Program-made: the position numbers and the translations under genes
Assembly: GCA_030390025.1 (NCBI GenBank)
Contig: CM059443.1
Coordinates: 68,076,001 to 68,140,000 of the forward strand
Reading direction: 5' to 3'
Length of the DNA: 64,000 nt
Source: Squalus acanthias
Taxonomy: Eukaryota
Notes under the pieces: generated by a model
The model's input: only the letters and a program-made list of their open reading frames with translations
The model's database searches: none
What the model was told of the DNA's origin: nothing
Shown here: positions 37,386 through 48,109 of the stretch, piece by piece
Position numbering within the stretch: the stretch's first letter is position 1
Layout: every line of letters begins with the position of its first letter

Positions 37386-37753
37386 TGTCCAAGTGACTGG
37401 TGCTCGTGGTCAGATACCCAGCAGGCATCAGCACCTTCAGGAGAGGAGCGGGGTAAACTGGGAGGCCAATGCTCCACCAGGGCAGGGAGAGGGGTGGGTG
37501 CACTGCTGCTGTGTTGAAACAGCAGCCGCTAATGTCCCTGACAATCGATGGTGGGAGTTTGTCACTGTGCTTCACACATGGACCCAGTCAGGCCTGAGAC
37601 ACATTCATGGGAATAATGCCATCAATAAAAGGATTTAAATAAAAGAATCATCCACATCAGACTCTTAGAGAATGAAAGAATGTGATGTTTAGACTGGGGT
37701 GAATTATTCCATTGGCTGTGGGTCCCTGAGCTCCTGCCCTCAGCACCACTCAC

Positions 37754-37918
37754 ATGCGGCACATCTCCCACTCCCATCACTGGCAGATCCTGAAGAAGGT
37801 GGTGCCATTTCTTGCAGCTCGGGGAGTCGCGTATCCGCAGTGCCCGCTGGTGTAGCGCCAGGCGATGTCCCATCTGCACCTGCGCATCGTTCAGCCCTTC
37901 CCGCACACAGCGGATTGC
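37754..37918 (-). CDS. FAN1: FAN1 coding exon 8 (TPR)
   Basis: [38 protein letters not shown]. Confidence 0.94.
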
Positions 37919-38272
37919 CTGGAGTCCAAAGCCACATGAACAGCAATCAATTCTAACAGAACAATCTGAGGAGACGGTCAGTGAGTCCAAATCAACTTCC
38001 ACCGCCAGTTAAACCGTTACATCCACCGTGAACAATCCTCAACCAGGTTACCTGGACCTAGTTATTGATCAAACCTGATTTAATGTGCAGCAAAGTTGAT
38101 CAGGATCACAGAGCATTTGGTCGGACTCTGGTCCGATCCCCTGCGCTGGCTGTGACTGATTACCACAGTGCTGGGATCTGTCCCGTCACATCATCAACAC
38201 ACTGCAATACACAAGGACTTGGCAATGACATCACATTGAGCAGCAGCCACTAGCCCTCACGGTCAGCGGTAC

Positions 38273-38392
38273 CTGATCGGTCTGCTTCAGATGCTGCTGG
38301 AGATTCAGACTCAGCCGATCCCACCAGTGCCCGCGGCTCTCTGGACAATAGACGCTTTGCTCCAAAAGGCTTTGCAATTCCTCCACCGCCTC
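38273..38392 (-). CDS. FAN1: FAN1 coding exon 7 (TPR)
   Basis: [36 protein letters not shown]. Confidence 0.95.
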
Positions 38393-38613
38393 CTGAGAAT
38401 GAGATTCGAAGACAGAGTTCAACATCTAACGCCAACAGCTCCAATCCTCTCATCTAAATTCGTCTCAACCAAACAAAACCAACTTGCACCCCGCCCCCCC
38501 CACCGTGCCGGATCTCCCCCCACGCTGATCACCAGATCACTTTAACTGGCACTGGATCACCGAACCCCGCACTGGATCACTGCGCTTTTATGTAACTTTG
38601 CATTTTTTTTTAC

Positions 38614-38722
38614 CTGGTACATGTGCAGCCGCTGTAAAATTTCCACCCCACGGAATCGGATGCGCGTGTAGACCCAGCCCGCAGTGAAACATCGCAGGTA
38701 CACTGGGAGCTCCTGATAGAAC
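38614..38722 (-). CDS. FAN1: FAN1 coding exon 6
   Basis: [33 protein letters not shown]. Confidence 0.95.
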
Positions 38723-38992
38723 CTAAAATTAACCAATATTAGTCACCCGTTGTAAAATGAAAAAGAAACATACTGGTCTGGTTATGAATGTTTACAGTGT
38801 GAATGGGTGGTGCCAGGGATCAGACTTTACCCTCACAGCCCTGGACTCAAACCCATCTGTCTGCTCGCTGTTACAGACCTTGGCCAGTCTCAACCTGTCC
38901 CTGCGGGACCAGAGTCCACAGCACAAACAGGCACAGGTGTGAGAACGCTCACATTACTCGCTGGGGCAGTAGGCAGCATTAATGAGGAACAT

Positions 38993-39093
38993 TGTTGGGA
39001 CAGTGAAGAGGGAGCTTCACTCTGTGTCAAACCTGTGCTGTACCTGCCCTGGGAGTGTTTGATGGGACAGTGTAGAGGGAGCTTTACTCTGTA
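38993..39093. repeat. Short copy of a dispersed tandem repeat
   Basis: gggacagtg(a/t)agagggagctt(c/t)actctgt occurs twice. Confidence 0.6.
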
Positions 39094-39634
39094 CAAAAGC
39101 TCATATCCAATCTTGTAAAACTGCCTATCGCCACCTACTGAACGCCCACCGCCGCTGAAATCCTCATTCATTCCTTCAGCTTCCTCAACTCCATCCAACA
39201 CAAACTCTAACTTGTCCAAACCTCTGCTGCTTGCATGTGATCATGCACGAAGTCCACCCTCCCTCCCTCTGCAACGTCCCCCAGCCTCACACACCAGCGC
39301 ACACGCTCCACTCTTTCAACTCTGGCCTCCCCTTCGTTCACTCCACTTTGGGATGCACAACCTTCAGCTGTGTTAGCTCAATATTCTGGAATGTGCTCCT
39401 TAAATGCCTCACTACTTCTCGCCCCACCTTCAAAAGTCTCCTCAATACCCAACTTTGACATGTCATTGGTCACCTCTCCAGTTCTTTTATTACTGGGACG
39501 TTTATTACATTAAAGACTCCATATTAAGGCAAGGTGCTGTTATTCAGGTCCGTGCTCCCGTGGACCCACTTCTCCCATCACCCCATCTGAGCTTCTCTTG
39601 GGAGACAGGAACGGGTGTTCCCCAGTTCCCTGAA

Positions 39635-40765
39635 ATGAGTAGACTAGGCCTATATTCTCTGGAGTTTAGAAGAATGAGAGGTGATCTCATTGAAACATAC
39701 AAAATTCTTACAGGGCTTGACAGGGTAGATGCAGGGAGGATGTTTCCCCTGGCTAGGGAGTTTAGAACCAGGGGTCACTGTCTCAGGATAAGGGGTCGGT
39801 CATTTAGGACTGAGAGGAGGAGAAATTTCTTCACTCAGAAGGTGGTGAATCTTTGGAATTCTCTACCCCAGAGGGCTGTGGGGGCTCAGTCATTGAGTAT
39901 ATTCAAGACAGAGATCACTAGATTTTTGAATATTAAGGGAATCAAGGGATATGGGGATAGTGCAGGAAAGTGGAGATGAGGTAGAAGATCATACGAACAT
40001 ATGAATTAGGAGCAGGAGTAGGCCACTCGGCCCTTCGAGCCTGCTCCGCCATTCAATAAGATCATGGCTGATCCGATTACTTCACATTCCCGCCTACCCC
40101 CGATAACTTTTTACCCCCTTGCTTACCAAGAATCTATCTACCTCTGCCTTAAAAATATTCAAAGACTCTGCTTCCACCGCCCTCTGAGGAAGAGAGTTTC
40201 AAAGACTCACGACCCTCTGTGAGAAAAAATTTCTCCTCATCTCTGTCTTAAATGGGCGACCCCTTATTTTTAAACAGTGACCCCTAGTTCTAGATTCTCC
40301 CACAAGAGGAAACATCCTCTCCACATCCACCCTGTCCAGACCCCTCAGGATCTTATACGTTTCAATCAAGTCACCTCTTACTCTTCTAAACTCCAGCGGA
40401 TACAAGCCTAGCCTGTCCAACCTTTCCTAATAAGACAACCCACCCATTCCTGGTATTAGTCTAGTAAACCTTCTCTGAACTGCTTCCAACACATTTACAT
40501 CCTTCCTTAAATAAGGAGACCAATACTGTACACAGTACTCCAGATGTGGTCTCATCAATGCCCTGTATAACTTTTGTATTCAATTTCCCTTGCAATAAAT
40601 GATAACATTCTATTAGCTTTCCTAATTACTTGCTGTACCTACATAGTAACTTTTTGCGATTCATTCACTAGGACACACAGATCCCTCTGCATCAGCCATT
40701 GAATGGCGGAGCAGGCTCGAAGGGCCAAATGGCCTACTCCTGCTCCTATTTCTTATGTTCTTATG
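39635..40765. mobile_element. Nested CR1 pair: a + strand 3' end (39635-39990, tail 40691-40765) interrupted by a - strand CR1 3' end (39992-40690)
   Basis: Both encode RLGLY.LEFRR.RGDLIETYKIL... on opposite strands; atca repeats flank the inner copy. Confidence 0.88.
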
Positions 40766-40997
40766 TCTGTTCCTGCACTCGCTGTCACCATGCTCCCAGT
40801 TATGGGATTAACAAAGTGCCTCTAATTACAAAGCTGCACACGGCCCTTCAATGGGTATTCATTTGCCCAAAGGGGCTGGGGGGGGGGGGGCATTGCTGCC
40901 TGGAGGGGTTCCTTTCCCCATTAAACACTGTTACCACCCGACACAGAGGGTTGTGAGAGTGACAGACCCGAGTGTGCTGTACACTCCCTCACATTAC

Positions 40998-41129
40998 CTG
41001 ATGTCACTGCTGTTCTCCAGCGAGCTCCACCTCTCTCTGGCAGTTTGATAAATCTGAAGAGCGTCGCTCCAGGTCCCATTGGTCATCGCACTTCCCACCT
41101 CAGCCAGAGAATGCACGGCTGCATTGTAC
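40998..41129 (-). CDS. FAN1: FAN1 coding exon 5
   Basis: YNAAVHSLAEVGSAMTNGTWSDALQIYQTARERWSSLENSSDI; phases fit both neighbouring exons. Confidence 0.92.
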
Positions 41130-41362
41130 CTGTCAGGGAACGCACGTCACACCCATCAGGGATTGAATAGCCCGTCGTTTGATTTTAAATGGTGGCATTT
41201 CCGCTTCATAAGTCAAATTGCACAAACAGCATAATGCTGTATAACCATATTGGGAAGCATCACCCATCTCACTCACCACCCAGCTATCCATCCAACAATT
41301 TGCCCATACATCCATCCATTATACATTCATTTATCTGTCCATACATTGATCTTTCCATCAAG

Positions 41363-41733
41363 TCCCACACCGGGCAGTGCTCCCCGGGGCTCAGTCCCAC
41401 ACCGGGCGGTGCTCCCCGGGGCTCAGTCCCCACACCGGGCGGTGCTCTCCTGCTCTCCGTCCCACACCGGGCGGTGCTCCCCGGGGCTCAGTCCCCACAC
41501 CGGGCGGTGCTCTCCTGCTCTCCGTCCCACACCGGGCGGTGCTCCCCGGGGCTCAGTCCCCACACCGGGCGGTGCTCCCCGGGGCTCAGTCCCACACCGG
41601 GCGGTGCTCCCCGGGGCTCAGTCCCACACCGGGCGGTGCTCCCCGGGGCTCAGTCCCACACCGGGCGGTGCTCCCCGGGGCTCAGTCCCACACCGGGCGG
41701 TGCTCCCCGGGGCTCAGTCCCACACCGGGCGGT
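41363..41733. repeat. ~32-bp GC-rich minisatellite, ~11 copies
   Basis: Unit ccacaccgggcggtgctccccggggctcagtc, with variant units. Confidence 0.92.
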
Positions 41734-41795
41734 GGATTGATCCTGTTAACTCTGTGGATGCCGTATTTATTGAATAGATCAGAGAATGGTATCAC

Positions 41796-42029
41796 CTGAG
41801 CAGGTCATCCCTGTGCCGGAAGATTTTTGTCTCCCTCAGCACGGTGTAACTGGGGAAGACGACGTGTCCCATGTTGACCATGAGCACCGTGGACAGCTGA
41901 CTCTGACCAGCACTGGCCGCCTCCTCTTCATCCGTCGACTCTATCAGAGAGAAAAGTAGCAACACCCGCGAGAACACGGCACGGGCTGGTGCAGCGACTC
42001 TCACACACCGTCCGACCATCTCCTTCACC
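41796..42029 (-). CDS. FAN1: FAN1 coding exon 4
   Basis: RAVFSRVLLLFSLIESTDEEEAASAGQSQLSTVLMVNMG...IFRHRDDLLR. Confidence 0.95.
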
Positions 42030-42469
42030 CTGACAACACACAACACCATTAAAGTCATGCCAGTAAGTACACACAGAATTACATCGAATGTACAGCACTG
42101 AAACAGGCCATTCGGCTCAACCGGTCCGTGCTGGTGTTTATGCTCCACACGAATCTCCTCCCACCCCATCAACATATCCTTCCATTCTTTTTTCCCTCAT
42201 GTGCTTTATCTAGCTTCCTTTCAATGCATCTCTGCTATTCGCCTCAAAAGGGCGAGGAAAGTCCATTAGGCCCATCGTGCTGACCTTCCCATTAGACGCC
42301 GCGCAAACCCTTTCCCAGTAGGTATTCTACATTGCCCACACCCCTCCCTGCCCTCCCCGCCTCACTGCCCCGCCGTCTCCCCCCCCTCGTTGCCCCTCCC
42401 CCGCGGGCAGTGTGGGCTCCGCTCTAACGTGCAGCTGGTACGAAGGTTAGATGGCGCCTGTTGAAGGAC

Positions 42470-42668
42470 CTGTTGAGGATGGCGGAGCCGGGGCTCGATG
42501 GGTTCCGGTCACAGCTGAAGATCGATTTCTGCTTGGCCAAACGGAGCAAGGACCCCAGGATCTCTGCCCTTTGACCCCGGGGTTGCAGGTGGAAGGTTTT
42601 AGCCAATAGTTTGAGCTCAGGGGCCGACAGCAGGTCCAGGGCCTCGGAGACGTCGCAGAGCTCCGACT
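42470..42668 (-). CDS. FAN1: FAN1 coding exon 3 (SAP domain)
   Basis: SELCDVSEALDLLSAPELKLLAKTFHL...AILNR. The donor AG|GTCCTT is weak. Confidence 0.88.
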
Positions 42669-42799
42669 CTGGGGGGAGGAAAAGGACATCGTCAGGGAAT
42701 AAACACATGCGGCCCGGGGGGGGAATCCACTGACCCTTCACCCCACACTATCCCGGGCCTACCCCAGGCTGGATGTCTCGGGCATAGTTTGAAAGACAG

Positions 42800-43250
42800 T
42801 GACATCCTGTGCCCCATGCACATCTACTCAGCATCCGGAACAGAGCACCGAGACAATGAGGGCGTGTTTACCAAAAGCTTGGTCGAAATGATGGGTTTTG
42901 AGAAGGTTTTTAAAGGTGAAGGCAGAAGTGGAGAGGGGGAGGGTTTGGGGAGAGAGTTCCAGAGTGTGGCCGAGGTGGCTGAAGTCCCTGTTCCAATGGT
43001 GGGCCGAGGCAGGGGGGCACAACAGGCCAAGGATCGAAGAGTACCAGAGCAGGTGTAGGGCTGGAGAGGGTGGGGGCGAGGCTGTGGGGGGGAAGGGCGG
43101 GGGGGGGAGAGGTGGGGGGAGGGCGGGCAGGGGGGGGGGGAAGGAGGGCGGGGGGGAGAGGTGGGGGGAGGGCGGGGGGGAGAGGTGGGGGGGGCGAGGC
43201 CGCGGGGGAAGCTGAAGATGGAGAAGGATTTTAAACTCAGTAATGCAAAA
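42800..43250 (-). mobile_element. Degenerate L2 3' end with G-rich expansion
   Basis: TLWNSLPKP...LKTFSKP-like reading; poly-G runs at 43070-43210. Confidence 0.55.
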
Positions 43251-43296
43251 TTTCAATTTTCTGATTAAAACCTGCCCTGCCCGAGGGACCCCGTAC

Positions 43297-43437
43297 CTGT
43301 CTGTAACAAGCCAGTGAGGCTCAGCTCCTCGATGGTGGGGGTCAGATCCAGGCCAATCTCAGCGTAATCCAGTCTGCTCACTTTCAGCCAATTCAGCTTC
43401 CGTTGAAAAAGTCTCACGTAGAGCTTCTGGGCAGCAG
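43297..43437 (-). CDS. FAN1: FAN1 coding exon 2
   Basis: [46 protein letters not shown]. Confidence 0.95.
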
Positions 43438-43494
43438 CTGAGGACAAGACAGAGCGCCCAGTAACTACAGCGAGAGTGACAGACCCAAACTGGG

Positions 43495-44511
43495 GGCAGG
43501 ACAAGTTAAGAAGGCTGTTAAAAAAGCATACGGGCTCCTTGGTTTTATTAATAGAGGTAGAAAGTACAAAAGCACGGAAGTTATGCTAAACCTGTATAAA
43601 TCACTGGTTAGGCCTCAGCTGATGTATTGTGTTTAATTCTGGGCACCACACACTTTAGGAAGGATGTCAAGGCCTTAGAGAGGGTGCGGAGGAGATTTAC
43701 TAGAATGGTTCCAGGGATGTGGGACTTTAGTTACGTGGAGAGACTGGAGAGGTTGGGGTTGTTCTCCTTAGAGCAGAGAAGGTAAAGGGGAGATTTAATA
43801 GAGGTGTTCAAAATTATTAGGGGTTTTGTTAGAGTAAATAAGGAGTAACTGTTTCCAGTGGCAGGAGGGTTGGTAACCAGAAGACCCAGATTTAAGGTAC
43901 AGGAAACTCTCTTTTAACCGGCACCCAAATAACCGGAAATCTCTCTTAACCGGCAAAATTCTTGAGTAGGTAACCGGGGTTTTCCTTCATCTCTCCTTTA
44001 AAAATAACTTTAAAAAAAACCCCAAGGCGTTTGCCTTGTATCGGAGCATGTAGATTGGGAGGGGAATGTGCAGCCCAGGTAGGCAGCGGACACGACAGAT
44101 GGTCAGCTGGCGGTCCCCGGGGAGACGGAGCTCCGAATGCAGGCGCATGTCAGTGTGTACGGGGCTCTCGTACGTTGGGAGATATAACTTTCCGTTATCC
44201 GGACTTTTTGATTAACCGGCACCACGCCGGTCCCGGTTAATAAAGAGTTTCCTGTAATTGGCATAAGAACCGGAGGGGAGAGAATTTTTTTATGCAGAGT
44301 TGTTGTGATCTGGAATGCACTGTCTGAAAGGGTGGTGGAAGCAGATTTAATAGTAACTTTCAAAAGGGAATTGGTTAAATACCTGAAGAAAAAAAATTTG
44401 CAGGGCTATGGGGAAAGAGCAGGGAAGTGGGACTAACTGGATAGCTCTTTCAAAGAGCCGGCACAGGCACAATGGGCCGAATGGCCTCCTTCAGTGCTGT
44501 ATGATTCTATG
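43495..44511 (+). mobile_element. CR1 3' portion hosting a MITE
   Basis: C-terminal RT sequence and a tail ending gattctatg. Confidence 0.85.
43900..44254. mobile_element. Tc1/mariner (Tigger/pogo-like) MITE, 355 bp
   Basis: TIRs caggaaactctcttttaaccgg / ccggttaataaagagtttcctg and a TA duplication. Removing it restores the CR1 sequence tttaaggtaattggc. Confidence 0.85.
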
Positions 44512-45034
44512 AAACGGATCTGGGGCAAAGCCAACCTGCTAAGGGTACCATGTAGAGGGTAGTCCCACTACAAGGGCCATTCAACAGGTCAGAGCCACCA
44601 ACACAAAACAGCAAGTGTGTCACCTCAGATTGATCAAAGTAAAGGAACCCAAACAATTCCAGGCAAATCTGGTTGCCTCCTGGTCCTGGATCTTTTTATC
44701 TCAAATCGAAAAAGTCTGAATGTTTCCTCCTCCACGCAGGTACTGACGCTTGCTGGCTCTGGGCTCCGAGGGAGCTAGGCACCCTCTTGAATCTCACTCA
44801 ACTGACCCTATTTCACATGAGTGTTAAAATGAGTGTCACCACCATATTTAAACATGAGGTGCATCACAGCAGATGGTTCTCACTCGATATCCGCACGTGC
44901 ACTTTCCAGCAGAAGTGACTGGAAGGTGGGATCCCTGCGCCCTGCCCTGCAGTACTGAGGCTAACTAGCACCTGGACTGTATTCACTTACAGTGTACTGC
45001 AAATTCAGTGTGGCTCAGCCTACTCTACAGTGTT

Positions 45035-47607
45035 TCTTTTTATTCGTTCCTGGGATGTGGGCGTCGCTGGCAAGGTCAGCATTTATTGCCCATCCCTAAT
45101 TGCCCTTGAGAAGGTGGTGGAGAGCCGCCTTCTTGAACTGCTGCAGTCCCTGTGGTGAAGGTACTCCCACAGTGCTGTTAGGGAGGGAGTTCCAGGATTT
45201 TGACCCAGCGATGATGAAGAAATGGTGATATACTTCTATGTCAGGATGGTGTGTGGCTTGGAGTGGAACTTGCACCTGCTGCCCTTGTCCTTTTGGGTGG
45301 TAGAGGTCACGGGTTTGGGAGGTGCTGCCGAAGAAGTCTTGGCGAGTTGCTGCAGTGCATCTTGTAGACGGTACACACTGCAGACACATTGCGCCAGTGG
45401 TGGAGGGACTGAATGCTTAAGGTGGTGGATGGGGTGCCGATGAAGCGGGCTGCTTTGTCTTGGATGGTGGCGAGCTTCTTGAGTGTTGTTGGAGCTGCAC
45501 TCATCCAGGCAAGTGGAGAGTATTCCATCACACTCCTTACTTGTGCCTTGTAGATGGTGGAAAGGCTTTGGGGAGTCAGGTGAGACACTCGCTGCAGAAT
45601 ACCTAGCCTCTGACCTGCTCTTGTTGCCACAGTATTTATGTGGCTGGTCCAGTTAAGTTTCTGGTCAATAGTGACCCCATGGATATTGATGGTGGGGGAT
45701 TCGGCGATGGTAATGTCGTTGAATGTCATGGGCAGGTGGTTAGACTCTCACTTGTTGGAGATAGTGGATGCATTGGTTGTCATCTTCCAAAATTCTATAG
45801 ATTATGGAACAGTTCCTGCAGATTGGAGGGTGGTAAATGTAACCCCACTATTTAAAAAAGGGAGAGAGAAAACAGGGAACTACAGACTGGTTAGCCTAAC
45901 ATCAGGAGTAGGGAAAATGCTAGAGTCTATTATAAAGGATGTGATAACAGGACACTTAGAAAATATCAACGGGATTAGACAAAGTCAACATGGATTTATG
46001 AAAGGGAAATCGTGTTTGACAAACCTACTGAGTTTTTTGAGATTGTAACTGGTAGAATAGATAAGGGAGAACCAGTGGATGTGGTGTATTTGGATTTTCA
46101 GAAGGCCTTTGATAAAGTCTCATATAAGAGGTTAGTGTGCAAAATTAAAGCACATGGGATTGGGGGTAATATACTGGCATGGATTGAAAATTGGTTAACA
46201 GACAAGAAACAGAGAGTAGGAATAAATGGGTCTTTTTCGGGGTGGCAGGCGGTGACTAGTGGGGTACCGCAGGGATCAATGCTTGGGCTCCAGCTATTCA
46301 CAATATATATCAATGATTTGGATGAGAGAACCAAATATAATATTTCCAAGTTTGCTGACGACACAAAACTAAATGGGATTGAGTTGTGAGGAGGATGCAA
46401 AGAGGCTTCAAGGCGACTTAGACAAGTTGAGTGAGTGGGCAAATACATGGCAGATGCAGTATAACGTGGATAAATGTGAAGTTATCCACTTCAGTAGGAA
46501 AACAGAAGAGTATTATTTAAATGGTGAAAGATTGGGAAATGCTGATGTACAAAGGGACCTGGATGTCCTTGTACACCAGTCACTGAAAGCAAACATGCAG
46601 GTGCAGCAAGCAGTTAGGAAGGCAAATGGTATGTTGGCCTTCATTGCAAGAGGATTTGAGTACAGGAGCAAGGATGTCTTACTACAGTTGTACAGGGCCT
46701 TGGTGAGACCACACCTGGAGTAGTGTGTGCAGTTTTGGTCTCCTTACCTAAGAAAGGATATACTTGCCATAGAGGGAGTGCAGCGAAGATTCACTAGACT
46801 GATTTCTGGGATGGCAGGACTGTCGTATGAGGAGAGATTGGGTCAACTAGGCCTATATTCACTAGAGTTTAGAATGAGAGGGGATCTCATTGAAATGTAT
46901 AAAATTCTGACAGGGCTAGACAGACTGCAGGGAGGATGCTTCCCCTGGCTGGGGGGTCTAGAACAAGGGGTCACAGTCTCAGGATACGGGGTAGGACATT
47001 TAGGACTGAGATGAGGAGAAATTTCTTCACTCAGAGGGTGGTGAACCTGTGGAATTCTCTACCACAGAAGGCTGTGGAGGCTCAGTCATTGAATATATTT
47101 AAGAAGGAGATTGATAGATTTCTAGACACAAAAGGCATCAAGGGGTATGGGGAGATAGCAGATCAGCCATGATCATATTGAATGGCGAAGCAGGTTCAAA
47201 GGGCCGAATGGGCTACTCCTGCTCCTATTTTTTCATGGTTTTTTTTCTATAGTCATTGCCTGGCACTTGTGTGGCACAAATGTTACCTGCCACTTCACAA
47301 CCCAAGCCTGAACGTCATCCAGGTCTTGCTGCATGCGGGCATGGACTGCTTCATTATCTGAGTTGCGGCGAATGGCACTGAGCACTGTGCAGTCATCAGC
47401 AAACATCCCCACTTTTGACCTTATGTTGGGGGGGAAGGTTATTGATGGAGCAGCTGAGGATGGCTGGGCCTAGGACACTGCCCTGAGGAACTCCTACAGT
47501 GATGTCTTGGGGCTGAGATGATTAAACTTCAACCACCACATCCATCTTCCTTTGTGCTAGGTATGATTCCAGCCAGTGGAGAGTTTTCCCCGATTCCCAT
47601 TGACCTC
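45035..47607 (-). mobile_element. Second-family LINE 3' part, interrupted by a + strand CR1
   Basis: Same family as 21666-24740 (TFNDITIAESPTINIHGVTIDQKLNW). Resumes at ~47248 and ends ~20 nt from the FAN1 first donor. Confidence 0.85.
45766..47247 (+). mobile_element. 5'-truncated CR1 nested in the second-family LINE
   Basis: Frameshifted RT fragments (DWRVVNVTPLFKKG...FADD...) and a tail; atagt at both junctions. Confidence 0.88.
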
Positions 47608-47627
47608 AGGGTGTCCAGCGGGGATAC

Positions 47628-48078
47628 CTGAGAGTTGCTGGAATATTCGAATCCAGTCGTTGTCTTCTTCATTGAAGAGTTGTTTATCTTCACTCTCCAG
47701 CACCGTGTCCAGCACCAGCAGAAAGTTCACCAGGTAGTAGGGCGCTGGGACCGTGTCCCCGCTGGCGGCCCCCGCCCGGCCCACCGGCCCCTCCCCGGCC
47801 CCCGAGCCCCGGTCACTCAGTGCAGCCGCCCCCGGGCCTGGGTTTGGCTCCGGGCCGTCCCCGGGGCCCGCTCCCCCGCCACAGCCTCTCGCTCTCCGAT
47901 ACCGCCTGGAGAGTTTGGAGAGCGGGCGGCCCGCGGGCCCGCAGCTCCCGCCCCCCTCACCCGGCGCCCCGGGGCCGCTGTTTCCCATAGGCTCCCCCGG
48001 GTTCGGTGCTGCGGCGCCCCGCTTTCTGGCTCGGAGAGAGAGGCGGCATGGCGGGCTCCTCCTGTTCGGGGAAGACAT
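47628..48078 (-). CDS. FAN1: FAN1 coding exon 1 (short N-terminus, no UBZ)
   Basis: ATG at 48078: MSSPNRRSPPCRLSLRARKR...LSKLSRRY...PYYLVNFLLVLDTVLESEDKQLFNEE...FQQLS, then a phase-1 donor G|gtatcc. The start codon is inferred. Confidence 0.82.
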
Positions 48079-48109
48079 CGAGAGGAGGGCTTGGCTCTTC
48101 CACCAGCCG

